Assembly: GCA_050175015.1 (NCBI GenBank)
Contig: JBFXJJ010000014.1
Location: forward strand, 1-64,000
From: Alphaproteobacteria bacterium
GTDB lineage: Bacteria > Pseudomonadota > Alphaproteobacteria > JBFXJJ01
Direction of reading: 5' to 3'
Length of the DNA: 64,000 nt
Positions 1-11,132 of the stretch are shown one piece after another. A program made the translations under genes and the position numbers. How positions within the stretch are numbered: position 1 is the first letter of the stretch; every line of letters starts with the position of its first letter. Under the pieces are notes generated by a model. That model was given only the letters and a program-made list of their open reading frames with translations. It had not been told where the DNA came from and did no database searches.

Positions 1-456
1 TAAATTAAATGCGGCAAGAATTAAATTAATAATAAAAGCGTTTCTAATATTTATTAATACCCAGCCAATTAATTCATTGTCAGGGAGAGAAAAGTTTGAT
101 GCCAGTTTCAAAAGTACGACAGCACTAAAGGCAAGGAAAATATTAACCAAAGGTCCTGCGGCAGCAACGATTGCCATTGATGTTTTCGGTTTTTTTAAAC
201 GCAGCAGCGAAACAGGCACGGGTTTTGCCCAGCCATAGATAAACGGAGAATTAACAATTACAAGAAATAAAGGCAGAATAATTGTACCTAAAGGGTCGAT
301 ATGCTTTAAGGGGTTAAATGAAAGCCTGCCTTGTTTGAGAGCGGTATCATCTCCTAAGCGCAATGCGGCATAACCGTGAGCTAATTCATGCAGAATAACA
401 GCTGTTATAACAGGCAGAATCCAAGTTGAGGCAGTGATAAGTTTATAAATATTCAT
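1..456 (-). CDS. Site-2 protease (peptidase M50) family membrane metalloprotease; 3' end runs off the window
   Basis: Not in the ORF track. Manual translation from ATG at 456 gives MNIYKLITASTWILPVITAVILHELAHGYAALRLGDDTA...GRLSFNPLKHIDPLG...GWAKPVPV...AAAGPLVN, which has HExxH and the M50 NPLxHID and AGPxxN motifs. Confidence 0.9.
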   Translation of the reverse strand, partial: MNIYKLITASTWILPVITAVILHELAHGYAALRLGDDTALKQGRLSFNPLKHIDPLGTIILPLFLVIVNSPFIYGWAKPVPVSLLRLKKPKTSMAIVAAAGPLVNIFLAFSAVVLLKLASNFSLPDNELIGWVLINIRNAFIINLILAAFNL

Positions 457-473
457 AGTACCAAATAAAGTAA

Positions 474-1502
474 TTATGCTATCAAGGCATTAAGTTGGCT
501 TAAGGCTTCGTCCTTAGATAGCGTTGTTTTTCTTAAATCAGCCATAATTTGAGCAGATTTATCAAGGCGTTCTAATGATTTTGGTGTTAATTTCGGCAAA
601 ACTGAAGCTACGGCTTTCATTTCTTCCATTTTGCCATTGCAGTGTAAAACTGCATCACACCCTGCATTTAAGCTTTTTATCGTACGGTCTTCATAACTTC
701 CGCCCAAAGCCTTCATAGATAAATCATCACTGAGTAAAAAACCATCAAACCCAATATATTCACGAATTATATTCTTGATTATATAGGAAGAGGTTGTTAC
801 AGGATTATTGGCATCAAGCTTAGAAAAAACAATATGAGCGGTCATTGCCCAAGGCGTGGAATTTAGCTCTTTAAAAGGGATAAAATCCGTTTTTTCTAAA
901 GTCTCAATATCGGTATCGACGAGGGGAAGATTTTCGTGAGAATCTACTGCCGCTCTGCCGTGTCCAGGGATATGTTTCATTATAGGAAAAACGCCATTTT
1001 CTAGTAAAGCTTCAATGACGGCTTTGCCTAAAACGGTATTGACTTGCGGGTCTTTAGAAAAAGCTCTGTTGCCGATAACATCGTGAGCATTTTCTACAGG
1101 AACATCTAAAACAGGAAGGCAATCAACATTAATTCCAAGTTCTTGCAGTTCTAATGCAATTAGCATTGTATTAAGCTTTACCGCTTTGATTGCCGTTGCG
1201 GTATCTTTTTTGATAAGAAGTTCACCAAAAATTTGAGCCGCTGGAGCTTCTCTCCATATAGGAGAGCGTAAACGCTGCACTCTGCCGCCTTCTTGGTCGA
1301 TTAGTACAGGGGCATCATTTCTGCCAACGGTTTGACGCAAATCTGCAACCAGTTTTTTTACTTGTTCTTTATTTTCAATGTTGCGAGCAAAAAGAATAAA
1401 TCCTAAAGGGTTAAGTTCTTTGAAAAAGACGTCTTCTTCTTTAGTTAATTCTTTGCCCGAAACACCAAAAATTCCTGCTTTTATATTATTATTTAACAAC
1501 AA
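474..1502 (-). CDS. nagZ: Beta-N-acetylhexosaminidase (GH3)
   Basis: Motifs IDQEGGRVQR, KHIPGHG..DSH and SDDLSMKAL; conserved position downstream of the SPOR gene. Confidence 0.95.
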   Translation of the reverse strand: MLLNNNIKAGIFGVSGKELTKEEDVFFKELNPLGFILFARNIENKEQVKKLVADLRQTVGRNDAPVLIDQEGGRVQRLRSPIWREAPAAQIFGELLIKKDTATAIKAVKLNTMLIALELQELGINVDCLPVLDVPVENAHDVIGNRAFSKDPQVNTVLGKAVIEALLENGVFPIMKHIPGHGRAAVDSHENLPLVDTDIETLEKTDFIPFKELNSTPWAMTAHIVFSKLDANNPVTTSSYIIKNIIREYIGFDGFLLSDDLSMKALGGSYEDRTIKSLNAGCDAVLHCNGKMEEMKAVASVLPKLTPKSLERLDKSAQIMADLRKTTLSKDEALSQLNALIA

Positions 1503-2526
1503 AACACCCTTGCTTTTTCTCTTTTAATTGTGAACAAAGATTTTCAGCTGCTGTTCTGTCTTTATAGCCGCCGATTTTTAAACGATAAAAAATACCCTTA
1601 GCGCCCAAGTCAGCTTCTTCAACATTAAAAGCAATTCCGCTTAGAATTTCAGGATATTTTTTTGATATGTTTTCCCATTCTTTAAGAGCGGCATTTTTGT
1701 CTTTAACCGATAAAAGTTGAACTTTCCAAGCGCCTGTCTCTAAAGATGCAACGTTTTTAACGGTTTCAGTTTTAGCTGCAACATTTTCTGTTTTGGGTGT
1801 TACTGCGGTTACTTCAGCAGGTTGGGTGACGTTGGCAACAATGGTTTCTGTTGTTTTAACTGCAGCTAGTTCTTTTTCTGGAGGAAGAGCGGGATTCTTA
1901 ATGTTTTCCGTTACAGTTTTTACACCTTCAGGAACTTCAATAGGCTTAATTTCTGTTGTGGGCATAGTTTCTGCTATAGCGGAGCTTTCTGATTTTGCTT
2001 CTTCCGAATCAGTTTTAACTTCTTCAATAAGTTTGCCTACCGCATCATCTTCTATTTTTTCGGTTTCAAAGCTGGTTTCTTTGTCATCAAAAATATATTC
2101 TTTTTCATCATTATTAACGACGTTGATTTCTGGGTTCATTGGTTCTTCTGGAGGAGGCAGAATATTTTCAACAACAGGCTCATCTTCGCCCGCTTCAATG
2201 CGTCCATAAATTTGGCGGTCAACATTTTGAATTTCCATACCACCTGGTTCAGATGGGCGTACTTTTATGGGGGCAGTACTGCTTTTTATTAATGGAATTT
2301 CCGTTTTTTCAGACTTGTTAAGTTTTGGTGCAATAATATTCCAAGCAACAAAGACAGAAGCGGCAACGCCAAAAACAATTCCAAACCATACAGCTAGTGA
2401 TACTGATTGATTTTTAGGGTTTTTAGGAAGCTCTTTTTCTAAAATTTTAGGAATAAGATCTTCTTTTTCTTCATTTGGATTGCTTCCAAATTCATCATGG
2501 TTATCTAAATTATTATAATCTGACAT
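1489..2526 (-). CDS. SPOR-domain cell division protein (FtsN-like)
   Basis: Single N-terminal TM, acidic/Pro-rich linker, C-terminal SPOR domain (WKVQL...GIFYRLKIG...LCSQLK...CFV); lies between argS and nagZ. Confidence 0.85.
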   Translation of the reverse strand: MSDYNNLDNHDEFGSNPNEEKEDLIPKILEKELPKNPKNQSVSLAVWFGIVFGVAASVFVAWNIIAPKLNKSEKTEIPLIKSSTAPIKVRPSEPGGMEIQNVDRQIYGRIEAGEDEPVVENILPPPEEPMNPEINVVNNDEKEYIFDDKETSFETEKIEDDAVGKLIEEVKTDSEEAKSESSAIAETMPTTEIKPIEVPEGVKTVTENIKNPALPPEKELAAVKTTETIVANVTQPAEVTAVTPKTENVAAKTETVKNVASLETGAWKVQLLSVKDKNAALKEWENISKKYPEILSGIAFNVEEADLGAKGIFYRLKIGGYKDRTAAENLCSQLKEKKQGCFVVK

Positions 2527-2530
2527 ATTA

Positions 2531-4267
2531 TTACATCTCCTCTACTGGGGTTACCCCGAAAATTTCTAAACCAGATGCTATCACGGTTGCTATAGCATTA
2601 ACAAGGACAAGTCTTGCTTTTGATGTTTCTACATCATCAGGATAAAGAAAACGTAAATGAGTTTCATCTCTTCCTTTATTCCATAAACTATGAAAAGCAC
2701 CAGCCAAATCGCCAAGATAGTAAGCAATGCGGTGTGGTTCCGCTGCTTCGGCTGCGCTTTCAACAATCTTTGGCCACGTTGCCATAAGTTTTATTAATGA
2801 TAATTCAGACTCATCTTTTAAAATAGATAAATCAGCATCTTCTAAATTAATGTTGCCAAACATTTCTTTGGCGTGGCGGATAACTGACTGGCACCTAGCA
2901 TGGGCATACTGAACATAAAACACAGGGTTGTCTTTTGATTGTTCTTTAACTTTTTCTAAATCAAAATCAAGTCCGACATCATTTTTACGAGTAAGCATAA
3001 TAAATCTGATAACGTCTTTTCCTACGGCATCGATAATATCACGCAGGGTTACAAAAGTTCCTGCTCTTTTCGACATTTTTATCGGTTCGCCATTTTCCAT
3101 TAAATTAACCATACTTACAAGCTTAACATCGAGTTTAGCTTTGCCGCCTGTTACTGCTTTAATAGCCGACTGCATACGTTTAACATAGCCGCCGTGATCC
3201 GCTCCCCAAACATTAATCATATAATTAAAACCACGGTTAAACTTATCAAGATGATAAGCTATATCTGAGGCAAAATAAGTAAAGCTGCCATCAGCTTTCT
3301 GTAAGGGACGGTCAACATCATCACCAAAATCCTTAGCTCTGAAAAGGAGCTGTTCTCTGGGTTCCCAGTCGTCAGGAAGTTTGCCTTTAGGTGGTTCCAG
3401 AACTCCACGATAAATAAGGTCTTTGCTTTGAAGATATTCAATAACCTTTTTTACGCCGCCGCTGTCAACCATCTCTTTTTCTGAGAAAAAGACATCGTGC
3501 TTAATTCCTAGAGCTTTGAGGTCATCTTTAATAAGGTCAAGCATTTCAGAAACAGCAAATTTCCTAAATTCTGAAAGCCAGTCTGTTTCGGGAAGATTTT
3601 CCCATTTTTTGCCGTCTCTCTCTGCTATTTTTTGACCTGCTGGGACAAGATAGTCTCCAGGATAAAGTCCTTCAGGAATTTCTCCAATATCATAACCAAG
3701 AGCTTCTTTATAGCGCAGGAAAAGCGAGCGGGCTAAAACATCGACCTGACCACCTGCATCATTAACGTAATATTCTCTTGTTACATAATAACCAGCTTTT
3801 TCCATAAGAGATGCTAAGACATCACCATAAACAGCGCCTCTAGCGTGTCCGCCGTGCATAGGCCCCGTTGGGTTGACCGAAACATATTCAACGTTGATTT
3901 TTTGACCATTGCCAATATCGACTTTGCCAAATTTGGTTCCTTGCTTTAAGATATATTTTAAACGGTTATACCAAAAACTGTCAGAAAGTCTGATGTTTAT
4001 AAAGCCTGCACCTGCAATTTCAATTTCGGTAAAATTAGGATTACTTTTGAGCTTTTCAATAATAAGTTCGGCAAGATCTCGAGGCTTCATTCCTGCTGAT
4101 TTTGCTAAAACCATTGCCGCATTAGTGGCAACATCTCCGTGTTTAATATCACGAGGAGGCTCGGCGGCAATATTGCCTAAGTCTAAATCGGAAGGAATTT
4201 TTCCTTCTTTTTGAATTTCGTTAATAATAGTTATTAAATTGTTTTTAATATCATTAAAAAAGTTCAT
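2531..4267 (-). CDS. argS: Arginine--tRNA ligase
   Basis: [16 protein letters not shown] (HIGH-like), [16 protein letters not shown]-terminal PVEEM. Confidence 0.98.
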   Translation of the reverse strand: MNFFNDIKNNLITIINEIQKEGKIPSDLDLGNIAAEPPRDIKHGDVATNAAMVLAKSAGMKPRDLAELIIEKLKSNPNFTEIEIAGAGFINIRLSDSFWYNRLKYILKQGTKFGKVDIGNGQKINVEYVSVNPTGPMHGGHARGAVYGDVLASLMEKAGYYVTREYYVNDAGGQVDVLARSLFLRYKEALGYDIGEIPEGLYPGDYLVPAGQKIAERDGKKWENLPETDWLSEFRKFAVSEMLDLIKDDLKALGIKHDVFFSEKEMVDSGGVKKVIEYLQSKDLIYRGVLEPPKGKLPDDWEPREQLLFRAKDFGDDVDRPLQKADGSFTYFASDIAYHLDKFNRGFNYMINVWGADHGGYVKRMQSAIKAVTGGKAKLDVKLVSMVNLMENGEPIKMSKRAGTFVTLRDIIDAVGKDVIRFIMLTRKNDVGLDFDLEKVKEQSKDNPVFYVQYAHARCQSVIRHAKEMFGNINLEDADLSILKDESELSLIKLMATWPKIVESAAEAAEPHRIAYYLGDLAGAFHSLWNKGRDETHLRFLYPDDVETSKARLVLVNAIATVIASGLEIFGVTPVEEM

Positions 4268-4280
4268 ATCATACGCCCTT

Positions 4281-5459
4281 TTAAATTAGAGTCTTTAAAT
4301 CAAATAATTTGCTGTATTCTTCAATAGCAAAAGCATCAGTCATTCTTGCTAAATAATCACAGACAACTTCAGCATTAACATTGTTTTCATTTTTACGGGT
4401 TCTTTTCTGCCATTCCTGAGGGAGAAGTCTTGGTTCACTTAGGAATAAATTAAAAAGATCTTTTAAAGCTTTTTTTGCTTTGTTTGTCATACGCATTACT
4501 TTGTAATGGCGATACATATGAGGAAATAAGAAGTTTTTCAGCTCTTTATCATTTTTTTGCATATTTTCAGAAAAAGATACTACGGGAGATTTTAAGTTTC
4601 TTACTTCTTCAGAAGATTTGGGACTTCCTAAATCTTTATAGCGGGCAAAGGTCTCAGATATTAAGTCCTTAATCATAACTTTGATTAGATTGCGAGAGGT
4701 TTCGTGAATCAATACTTTGTCTTCAATATCGGTATATTGTTTTTGCAGAGAATTAATAACTTCGCCAACAAGAGGGACTTCTTTAAGTTCTTTTATTGTA
4801 AAAAGACCTGCCATAAAACCATCATCAATATCGTGATTGTTGTAGGCAATATCGTCTGCAACCGCAGCTAGTTGAGCTTCCGCTGAAGGAAGAGTATCAA
4901 GTTTTAGATTATGTTTTTGGTTATATTCTTTTATAAACCAAAAAAGATTGCTGTCATCACCGTCTATAACCAAGGGTCCATTATGCTTAACCAGCCCTTC
5001 TAAGGTTTCCCAAGTAAGATTAAGACCATCAAAGGTCGCATATCTTTTTTCAAGCTTGGTTACAATTTTCAAAGCGTGGGCATTGTGGTCAAATCCGCCG
5101 TATGGCTTCATACAATCTTTGAGAACAACTTCTCCAGCATGACCAAAAGGCGGGTGTCCTAAATCGTGAGCAAGGGCAAGAGCCTCGGCTAAATCCTCAT
5201 TAAGTCCGAAGTTTCGGCTTACTGAGCGGGCGATTTGCGCAACTTCAAGACTGTGAGTAAGCCTAGTCCTAAAGCTTTCGCCTTCGTGGTTTACAAAGAC
5301 TTGAGTTTTAGACTTCATAAGGCGGAAAGCCGAAGAATGAATAATCCTGTCTCTATCACGTTGGAACACAGTTCTATCTTTAGACTCTTCTTCTTCAAAA
5401 AGTCTTCCTAAAGATGCTTCTGGTAAGCTCGCACAATTTGATAAATTTTCTTTTTTCAT
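4281..5459 (-). CDS. dgt: dGTP triphosphohydrolase-like HD protein
   Basis: [44 protein letters not shown]. Confidence 0.93.
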   Translation of the reverse strand: MKKENLSNCASLPEASLGRLFEEEESKDRTVFQRDRDRIIHSSAFRLMKSKTQVFVNHEGESFRTRLTHSLEVAQIARSVSRNFGLNEDLAEALALAHDLGHPPFGHAGEVVLKDCMKPYGGFDHNAHALKIVTKLEKRYATFDGLNLTWETLEGLVKHNGPLVIDGDDSNLFWFIKEYNQKHNLKLDTLPSAEAQLAAVADDIAYNNHDIDDGFMAGLFTIKELKEVPLVGEVINSLQKQYTDIEDKVLIHETSRNLIKVMIKDLISETFARYKDLGSPKSSEEVRNLKSPVVSFSENMQKNDKELKNFLFPHMYRHYKVMRMTNKAKKALKDLFNLFLSEPRLLPQEWQKRTRKNENNVNAEVVCDYLARMTDAFAIEEYSKLFDLKTLI

Positions 5460-5552
5460 AAGAAATATTTAACTGTTATCATCTAGTTGTAAAAGATATT
5501 TTTTTATTGTTATATCATATAATTTAAGTAAACCTAGAAATTAGAGTATTTT

Positions 5553-6338
5553 ATGAAAAAAATTGCAAGTTTTAATGTTAATTCAATTAACGCCAGAATG
5601 CCTGTTTTACAAAAATGGCTGCCAAGCTTTCAACCTGACATTGTTTTGCTTCAAGAAATAAAAACAGAGGAAGATAAATTTCCTTTGCTTGATATTGAAG
5701 CCTTGGGTTACAAATCGTATGCTTTTGGACAGAAAGCTTATAACGGCGTTGCAATCTTATCTAAAGAACCTCTTTTGGAAATTAAGCAGGGATTATCGGG
5801 AGCAGAAGATGAAGAGGCAAGATATATTGAAGCTAAACTTGATAGTGGTTTAACTGTTGCTTCAGTATATGTTCCAAATGGCAACGGCGAATCGGAAGAA
5901 AAATTCAATATAAAGTTAAAATCAAAACTCGAGTTTTTATCGTTATTAAAGGATAGGGCAAAACAACTGTTAGAAAACAATGAAACAGGTTTTGTGATTG
6001 GGGGCGATTTTAATGTTATCCCATCAGATATTGATGTTTATAATCCTAAACTTTTTGAAGGTGATGCTTTAACTAATCTTGATGTTAGAAAAAAATATCA
6101 AGAAATTATTTATCTTGGTCTAACCGATGCCATCGGGGAGACCCTTTCTCTGCCTGCATATAGTTTTTGGGATTATCAAGGAGGAGCTTGGCAAAAAGAC
6201 TTTGGGCTTAGAATTGACCATTTGCTGCTATCGCCTCAAGCTGCCGATAAATTGGTTAAGACAGGTATTGATAAAAATCCAAGAGCTATGGAAAAACCAT
6301 CAGATCATACTCCAGTTTGGTGTGAACTAGATTTTTAA
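5553..6338 (+). CDS. xth: Exodeoxyribonuclease III
   Basis: FNVNSI, LQEIK, YNGVAILS, YVPNG, GDFN, GLRIDH, SDHTPV. Confidence 0.96.
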   Translation: MKKIASFNVNSINARMPVLQKWLPSFQPDIVLLQEIKTEEDKFPLLDIEALGYKSYAFGQKAYNGVAILSKEPLLEIKQGLSGAEDEEARYIEAKLDSGLTVASVYVPNGNGESEEKFNIKLKSKLEFLSLLKDRAKQLLENNETGFVIGGDFNVIPSDIDVYNPKLFEGDALTNLDVRKKYQEIIYLGLTDAIGETLSLPAYSFWDYQGGAWQKDFGLRIDHLLLSPQAADKLVKTGIDKNPRAMEKPSDHTPVWCELDF

Positions 6339-6425
6339 ATAAAAGTTATAAAAAACAATATGTTTGTATTTTGTTTAAGCTTAATGTAAATTCAGTGACC
6401 AAAAAGAAACATTTTAGGTAAGTAT

Positions 6426-7931
6426 ATGGTTAAGCGCAGATCGTTAAAAACATTTGAAATCGGTAAAAAATTTAATAATGCAGATGCCGCAGTCGAAGAG
6501 GTTGCGAGAATATATGATTATGCAACATCTAATCTCCGCAGCGCTTTTGAAGATTTTGTAGCAGGAAAAGAGCTCCACCGTAATAGTTTTTATTACCCAT
6601 TTGCCAGAATAAGGGTTGATAAGGTAGCTAGGATAGATAAACGCTTATCTTATGGCTTTGTTTCTGAAAACGGTGTTTTTGAAACCACGCTTACAAGGCC
6701 AGATATTTTTTCTAATTATTACAAAGAGCAGTTTAAGCTTTTAATCGAAAATCATAATATTCCGATTGAAATAGGTGTTAGTTCAAGTCCTATACCTGTT
6801 CATTTTGCTTTTCCTGGCGGTATTAGAGTTGACGGCAATCAGTCCTCTGAGCGGATGGCTCAGTTGCCTTATTTTTTTGATATTCCAGACTTGGCGTATT
6901 TAGATGACAGTATTGCTAATGGCTTTTTTGAGGTAGATGATTCCAACGTCATTCCTTTGGCGCTTTTTACAGCTCCACGGGTTGATTTTTCTCTGCATCG
7001 TCTGCTCCATTATACGGCAACATCACCAAAACATTTTCAAAGTTTTGTGCTTTTTACCAATTACCAGTTTTATATCGATGAATTTATAAAATTCGGTTAT
7101 GAAATGATGCAGAAAACAGACGATTTGCACGAAGCTGAAAGACGTTCCCGTTTCGAATCTTTTGTCGAACCTGGCGATTATATTACCTATAATCAGAACA
7201 TTTCATCAAAACAACCAGAAGGGACAAAAAAAAGCCGTGCTCCTCAAATGCCGGCGTACCATCTTAAACGTTCTGACGGCACAGGAATTACGATGGTTAA
7301 TATTGGCGTTGGTCCTTCTAATGCAAAGAACATTACGGATCATATTGCCGTTTTGAGACCCTATGCTTGGCTTATGTTGGGGCATTGTGCAGGGCTTCGT
7401 AATTCTCAGAAATTGGGTGATTATGTTTTGGCTCATGCTTATATCAGAGAAGACCACGTGCTTGATGATGACTTGCCAATGTGGATTCCTATTCCTGCCT
7501 TAGCGGAAATACAGCAATCACTTCAAACTTCAGCATCTAGGATAACAGGTCTTACAGGCTATGATTTAAAAAATATTATTAGAACAGGAACGGTTGCAAC
7601 CGTTGATAACCGAAACTGGGAACTTAAAAATTATACAGAGTTTTTCCGCCGTTTCAGTCAAAGCCGTGCTATCGCTCTTGATATGGAGAGTGCAACGATT
7701 GCGGCAAATGGTTTTAGATTCAGAGTGCCTTATGGAACGCTGCTTTGTGTTTCTGATAAGCCGCTTCATGGAGAATTAAAGCTTCCTGGAATGGCAGACC
7801 ATTTTTATAATCATCAGGTAGAGCAACACCTAAAAATAGGTGTGTGTGCTATGGAAATTTTGAGAGAAGAGGGCGGCGGTAGGCTTCATAGCCGAAAATT
7901 ACGCAGTTTTGCCGAAGTTGGATTCAGATAA
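6426..7931 (+). CDS. amn: AMP nucleosidase
   Basis: LFTNYQFY, PQMPAYHL, NIGVGPSNAKNITDH, DMESATIA, SDKPLHGE. Confidence 0.96.
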   Translation: MVKRRSLKTFEIGKKFNNADAAVEEVARIYDYATSNLRSAFEDFVAGKELHRNSFYYPFARIRVDKVARIDKRLSYGFVSENGVFETTLTRPDIFSNYYKEQFKLLIENHNIPIEIGVSSSPIPVHFAFPGGIRVDGNQSSERMAQLPYFFDIPDLAYLDDSIANGFFEVDDSNVIPLALFTAPRVDFSLHRLLHYTATSPKHFQSFVLFTNYQFYIDEFIKFGYEMMQKTDDLHEAERRSRFESFVEPGDYITYNQNISSKQPEGTKKSRAPQMPAYHLKRSDGTGITMVNIGVGPSNAKNITDHIAVLRPYAWLMLGHCAGLRNSQKLGDYVLAHAYIREDHVLDDDLPMWIPIPALAEIQQSLQTSASRITGLTGYDLKNIIRTGTVATVDNRNWELKNYTEFFRRFSQSRAIALDMESATIAANGFRFRVPYGTLLCVSDKPLHGELKLPGMADHFYNHQVEQHLKIGVCAMEILREEGGGRLHSRKLRSFAEVGFR

Positions 7932-8006
7932 TATTTTAGGTTTTTGTTGCCTATCAAGTGGAATACTAGGGAGCTGTGTTTTAGCTTTATCTAAACTGCT
8001 GTTTTT

Positions 8007-9305
8007 TTATAGTTTTTCCATAACGGCACCAAAAAAACCATCAGTTTTATTTTTAAATGGTGTCATATTTAAAAAATAATTTTCTTTGTTAAAAAGATTA
8101 TTTTGAGTTGCTTGATATAATATCTGGTTAGCGTTAACAAGTTTTAGATTTTTATGACGGCGTAAAAACTCATTTATAATATTTTCATTTTCATCAGCAA
8201 GCATAGAACACGTAGCATAAACAAGTCTTCCGCCCGTTTTTAACATCGGAAGCACTTCTTCTAAAATTTCCATTTGCAGGTTGTTCAAAGTCTCTATCCT
8301 TTTTTCTTCAATGCGCCATTTTGCATCAGGTGTTCTTCTAAAAGTACCAGTTCCTGAGCATGGAGAGTCTACAAGGACAACATCAAAATAATTTTTAAAC
8401 CAATCGGGTAAGTCTTCATATTTTTCAAAACTTATCGGGTTAATAATTTTTGCCCCAGCTCTTTTCTGCCTTAAATAAATGTTATTAAGCTTACTCCTAG
8501 ATATATCGGTGGCTTCTATTTCCCCGTCATTCTTCATAATGGCGGCTAAGGCTAGAGACTTGCCTCCAGCGCCAGCACAAAAATCTAAAACTTTAGCTTG
8601 TTTTTGAGGTTGGCATAATAAAGCAATAAGTTGCGAAGCTTCATCTTGAAACTCTGCTAAACCATCGTTGAATCCTGGAATTTCTCCAGTATTTATTCTT
8701 TTATCAAGAATTATCCCGAGCGGTGCATTTTGTGATTTCTGATAAGATATTTCGGCTTTATCGAGTTGCGCAATATAATCATCAACACTGGTTTTAATAG
8801 TATTTATTCTTAAAACAGGATTAGCTTCATCAAGCAGCGCTTTCATCTCGTCATAATAGGAAGAGCCAAAAACCTTTTGCAATTTTTCATAAAGCCATAA
8901 AGGCATCTCTAAAGCTATGTTCTCAGGAAAATTATCGAAATTCAAAGGCTTTTCTAAAAATTGCAATTCTTCATTTTTTAAAGCTTCAGGCGCATATTTA
9001 AGCCCAGAAAAAACCGCTGTAATATCTTCAATGCTGTAATTCTCTAAAGCCTTAAGAGCTGTTATCACAATCAATCTGGCATCAGATTTGAAAGTTTTTT
9101 CTGGATTAAGATCTGAAGCAAAACAAATTTTTGCTAAGTTACGTATGATTTTCCAAAAAAAATCGTTAATAAAACGTCTGTCTTTAGAACCAATATAACG
9201 TCTTGTTTTCAAATAATTATTTAAAATGCCATCAGCTGGTTGCTTGGTATCTAAGAAACTTTCTAAGATTTCAATAACACTTAATATTCTTGCTTGTGGT
9301 GTCAT
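8007..9305 (-). CDS. RsmB/NOP-family RNA m5C methyltransferase
   Basis: QDEASQ, DFCAGAGGK, DSPCSGTG, YATCS, TDGFF; N-terminal MTPQAR...GSKDRR typical of the alphaproteobacterial paralog. Confidence 0.92.
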   Translation of the reverse strand: MTPQARILSVIEILESFLDTKQPADGILNNYLKTRRYIGSKDRRFINDFFWKIIRNLAKICFASDLNPEKTFKSDARLIVITALKALENYSIEDITAVFSGLKYAPEALKNEELQFLEKPLNFDNFPENIALEMPLWLYEKLQKVFGSSYYDEMKALLDEANPVLRINTIKTSVDDYIAQLDKAEISYQKSQNAPLGIILDKRINTGEIPGFNDGLAEFQDEASQLIALLCQPQKQAKVLDFCAGAGGKSLALAAIMKNDGEIEATDISRSKLNNIYLRQKRAGAKIINPISFEKYEDLPDWFKNYFDVVLVDSPCSGTGTFRRTPDAKWRIEEKRIETLNNLQMEILEEVLPMLKTGGRLVYATCSMLADENENIINEFLRRHKNLKLVNANQILYQATQNNLFNKENYFLNMTPFKNKTDGFFGAVMEKL

Positions 9306-9976
9306 TTTTTAAATCCTTGAGCGACAATATAAGTTTCTGGAGATTCTTTTCGGCTGGCATTAGGTTTAGAATGTTTGACTGATTTAAAATTCTGCTTAAT
9401 TTCATTTAATAGACTGCTTTCTGCTCCGCCTTGAAAAACCTTAGCAACAAAAACGCCGTCTTCATTCAAAATTTGTTTAGCAAAGTCAAAAGCCATTTCC
9501 AAAATAGCGATTATTCTTAGATGGTCTGTGCTTTTGTGCCCGATTGTATTAGCAGCCATATCACTCAAAACGACATCAGCTTTCCTGCCCCCAAGCATTT
9601 CTATAAGCTTTTCGGGCGCTTTATTATCAGTGAAATCCATTTGAACAAAATCAACGTCAGCCAGAGAATCCATTGGTAGAATATCTATCGCTACGATTTT
9701 ACCGTGAGGCATAACAATATGAGATGCAACTTGTGACCAACCGCCAGGTGCAGAGCCTAAATCAACAACAACCTTTCCTTTATCCAAAAAATTGAATTTT
9801 TCATTCAACTCAAGCAGCTTGAATGCGGCTCTTGACCTGAAGCCCATTTTATGAGCTTTTTCTACATAAGGATCATTAAGCTGTCTTTGGAGCCATCTTG
9901 TAGATTTGGGATCTCTTCCTTTCGCGGTTTTTACTTTTTGATGTTGTAATCTTACGTTAGTAGTTTTTGCTTTCAT
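9302..9976 (-). CDS. rlmE: 23S rRNA Um2552 methyltransferase RlmE (FtsJ)
   Basis: WLQRQLNDPY, RSRAAFKL, DLGSAPGGWSQ, SDMA. Start moved to ATG at 9976, which overlaps the upstream stop (ATGA). Confidence 0.95.
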   Translation of the reverse strand: MKAKTTNVRLQHQKVKTAKGRDPKSTRWLQRQLNDPYVEKAHKMGFRSRAAFKLLELNEKFNFLDKGKVVVDLGSAPGGWSQVASHIVMPHGKIVAIDILPMDSLADVDFVQMDFTDNKAPEKLIEMLGGRKADVVLSDMAANTIGHKSTDHLRIIAILEMAFDFAKQILNEDGVFVAKVFQGGAESSLLNEIKQNFKSVKHSKPNASRKESPETYIVAQGFKK

Positions 9977-11124
9977 CTTACCGCCCTCGCACAAGTTTCT
10001 TTACTGCTCACTCTGTCAGAATTGCGCTGCATCAAATCAAGCAAAACGCCCTCTCTAAGACCTCTGTCAGCAACTGTAATTTCTTCAATCGGCCAGAATT
10101 TGCAAATTGCTTCAAAAATAGCACAGCCGGCAAGGGTTAAATCGGCACGAAGCGGTCCAATGCAGGGGTGTGCTATGCGGTCAATCTTAGTCATTTTCTT
10201 TATCATTTCTTGAACTTTATGAATCTCTTGAATTCTCAAATTCATACCATCTACAGCTTGTCTGTTATATCTTGGCAATTCAAGATGAATAGCGCCTATT
10301 GTTGTGATTGTGCCTGATGTTCCAATAATTTGCACCTTACTGCTTTCAATAAGCTTAGTTATCTGATGTTTTTTTTCAAATTCGGTTAGAATTGATTTTG
10401 TTTTATTCCAAACCGCTTGATAGGCATTTTTATCTAAATCAACCCCTGTAAAGGCTTCAGAAACAGTTACAACGCCAAAAGGAAGAGATACCGCTCCCTC
10501 TATTTCAGTTTTTCCCTTAGGGTTAACTTTTGCCCAAGATATTTCTGTTGAGCCTCCGCCAATGTCAAAAACTAAGGTATGGAAAATATTGCGGTTAAGC
10601 AGAGGAACACAGCCCGTAACGGCTAGACGAGATTCTTCTTCGGCTGAGATAACTTCGAAAGTGAGTCCAGTTTCTTTATAAACTAAATTTAAAAAATCGT
10701 TAGTGTTTTTTGCTCTGCGGCAAGCCTCGGTTGCAACATATCTTGCTTGTGAAATAGGTCTTTTAGACATTTTATTAGCACATATTTTCAAAGCTTTAAT
10801 TGTTCTAGCCATAGCATCATCAGAGAGCTTTTCTGTCTCGATAATGCTTTCTCCAAGCCTTGTAACTCTAGCAAAAGATTCAACAACCTGAAAACTGTGA
10901 GGCGTTGGTTGAGCTATCAACATTCTGCAATTGTTGGTTCCCAAGTCAATTGTGGCAAAAGTTCCCCTTTTTCTTGCCATAGTTCTTTTGGAGATATAAT
11001 TTTTTTTGTTTTCATCAACTTCCAAAGGATCAGGCACAAGTTTTTTCTCTGGCGCTTCGTTATAAATCTTTGACCAATTTATAGCCTTTGCTGTGTTTTT
11101 ATTGATGTAATTTTTACTTGGCAT
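9973..11124 (-). CDS. ppx: Ppx/GppA family phosphatase (short form)
   Basis: IDLGTNN, ATEACR, DIGGGSTE, GTSGT, GLREG; ppx-rlmE pairing is typical of alphaproteobacteria. Confidence 0.9.
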   Translation of the reverse strand: MPSKNYINKNTAKAINWSKIYNEAPEKKLVPDPLEVDENKKNYISKRTMARKRGTFATIDLGTNNCRMLIAQPTPHSFQVVESFARVTRLGESIIETEKLSDDAMARTIKALKICANKMSKRPISQARYVATEACRRAKNTNDFLNLVYKETGLTFEVISAEEESRLAVTGCVPLLNRNIFHTLVFDIGGGSTEISWAKVNPKGKTEIEGAVSLPFGVVTVSEAFTGVDLDKNAYQAVWNKTKSILTEFEKKHQITKLIESSKVQIIGTSGTITTIGAIHLELPRYNRQAVDGMNLRIQEIHKVQEMIKKMTKIDRIAHPCIGPLRADLTLAGCAIFEAICKFWPIEEITVADRGLREGVLLDLMQRNSDRVSSKETCARAVR

Positions 11125-11132
11125 TTTTGTTT

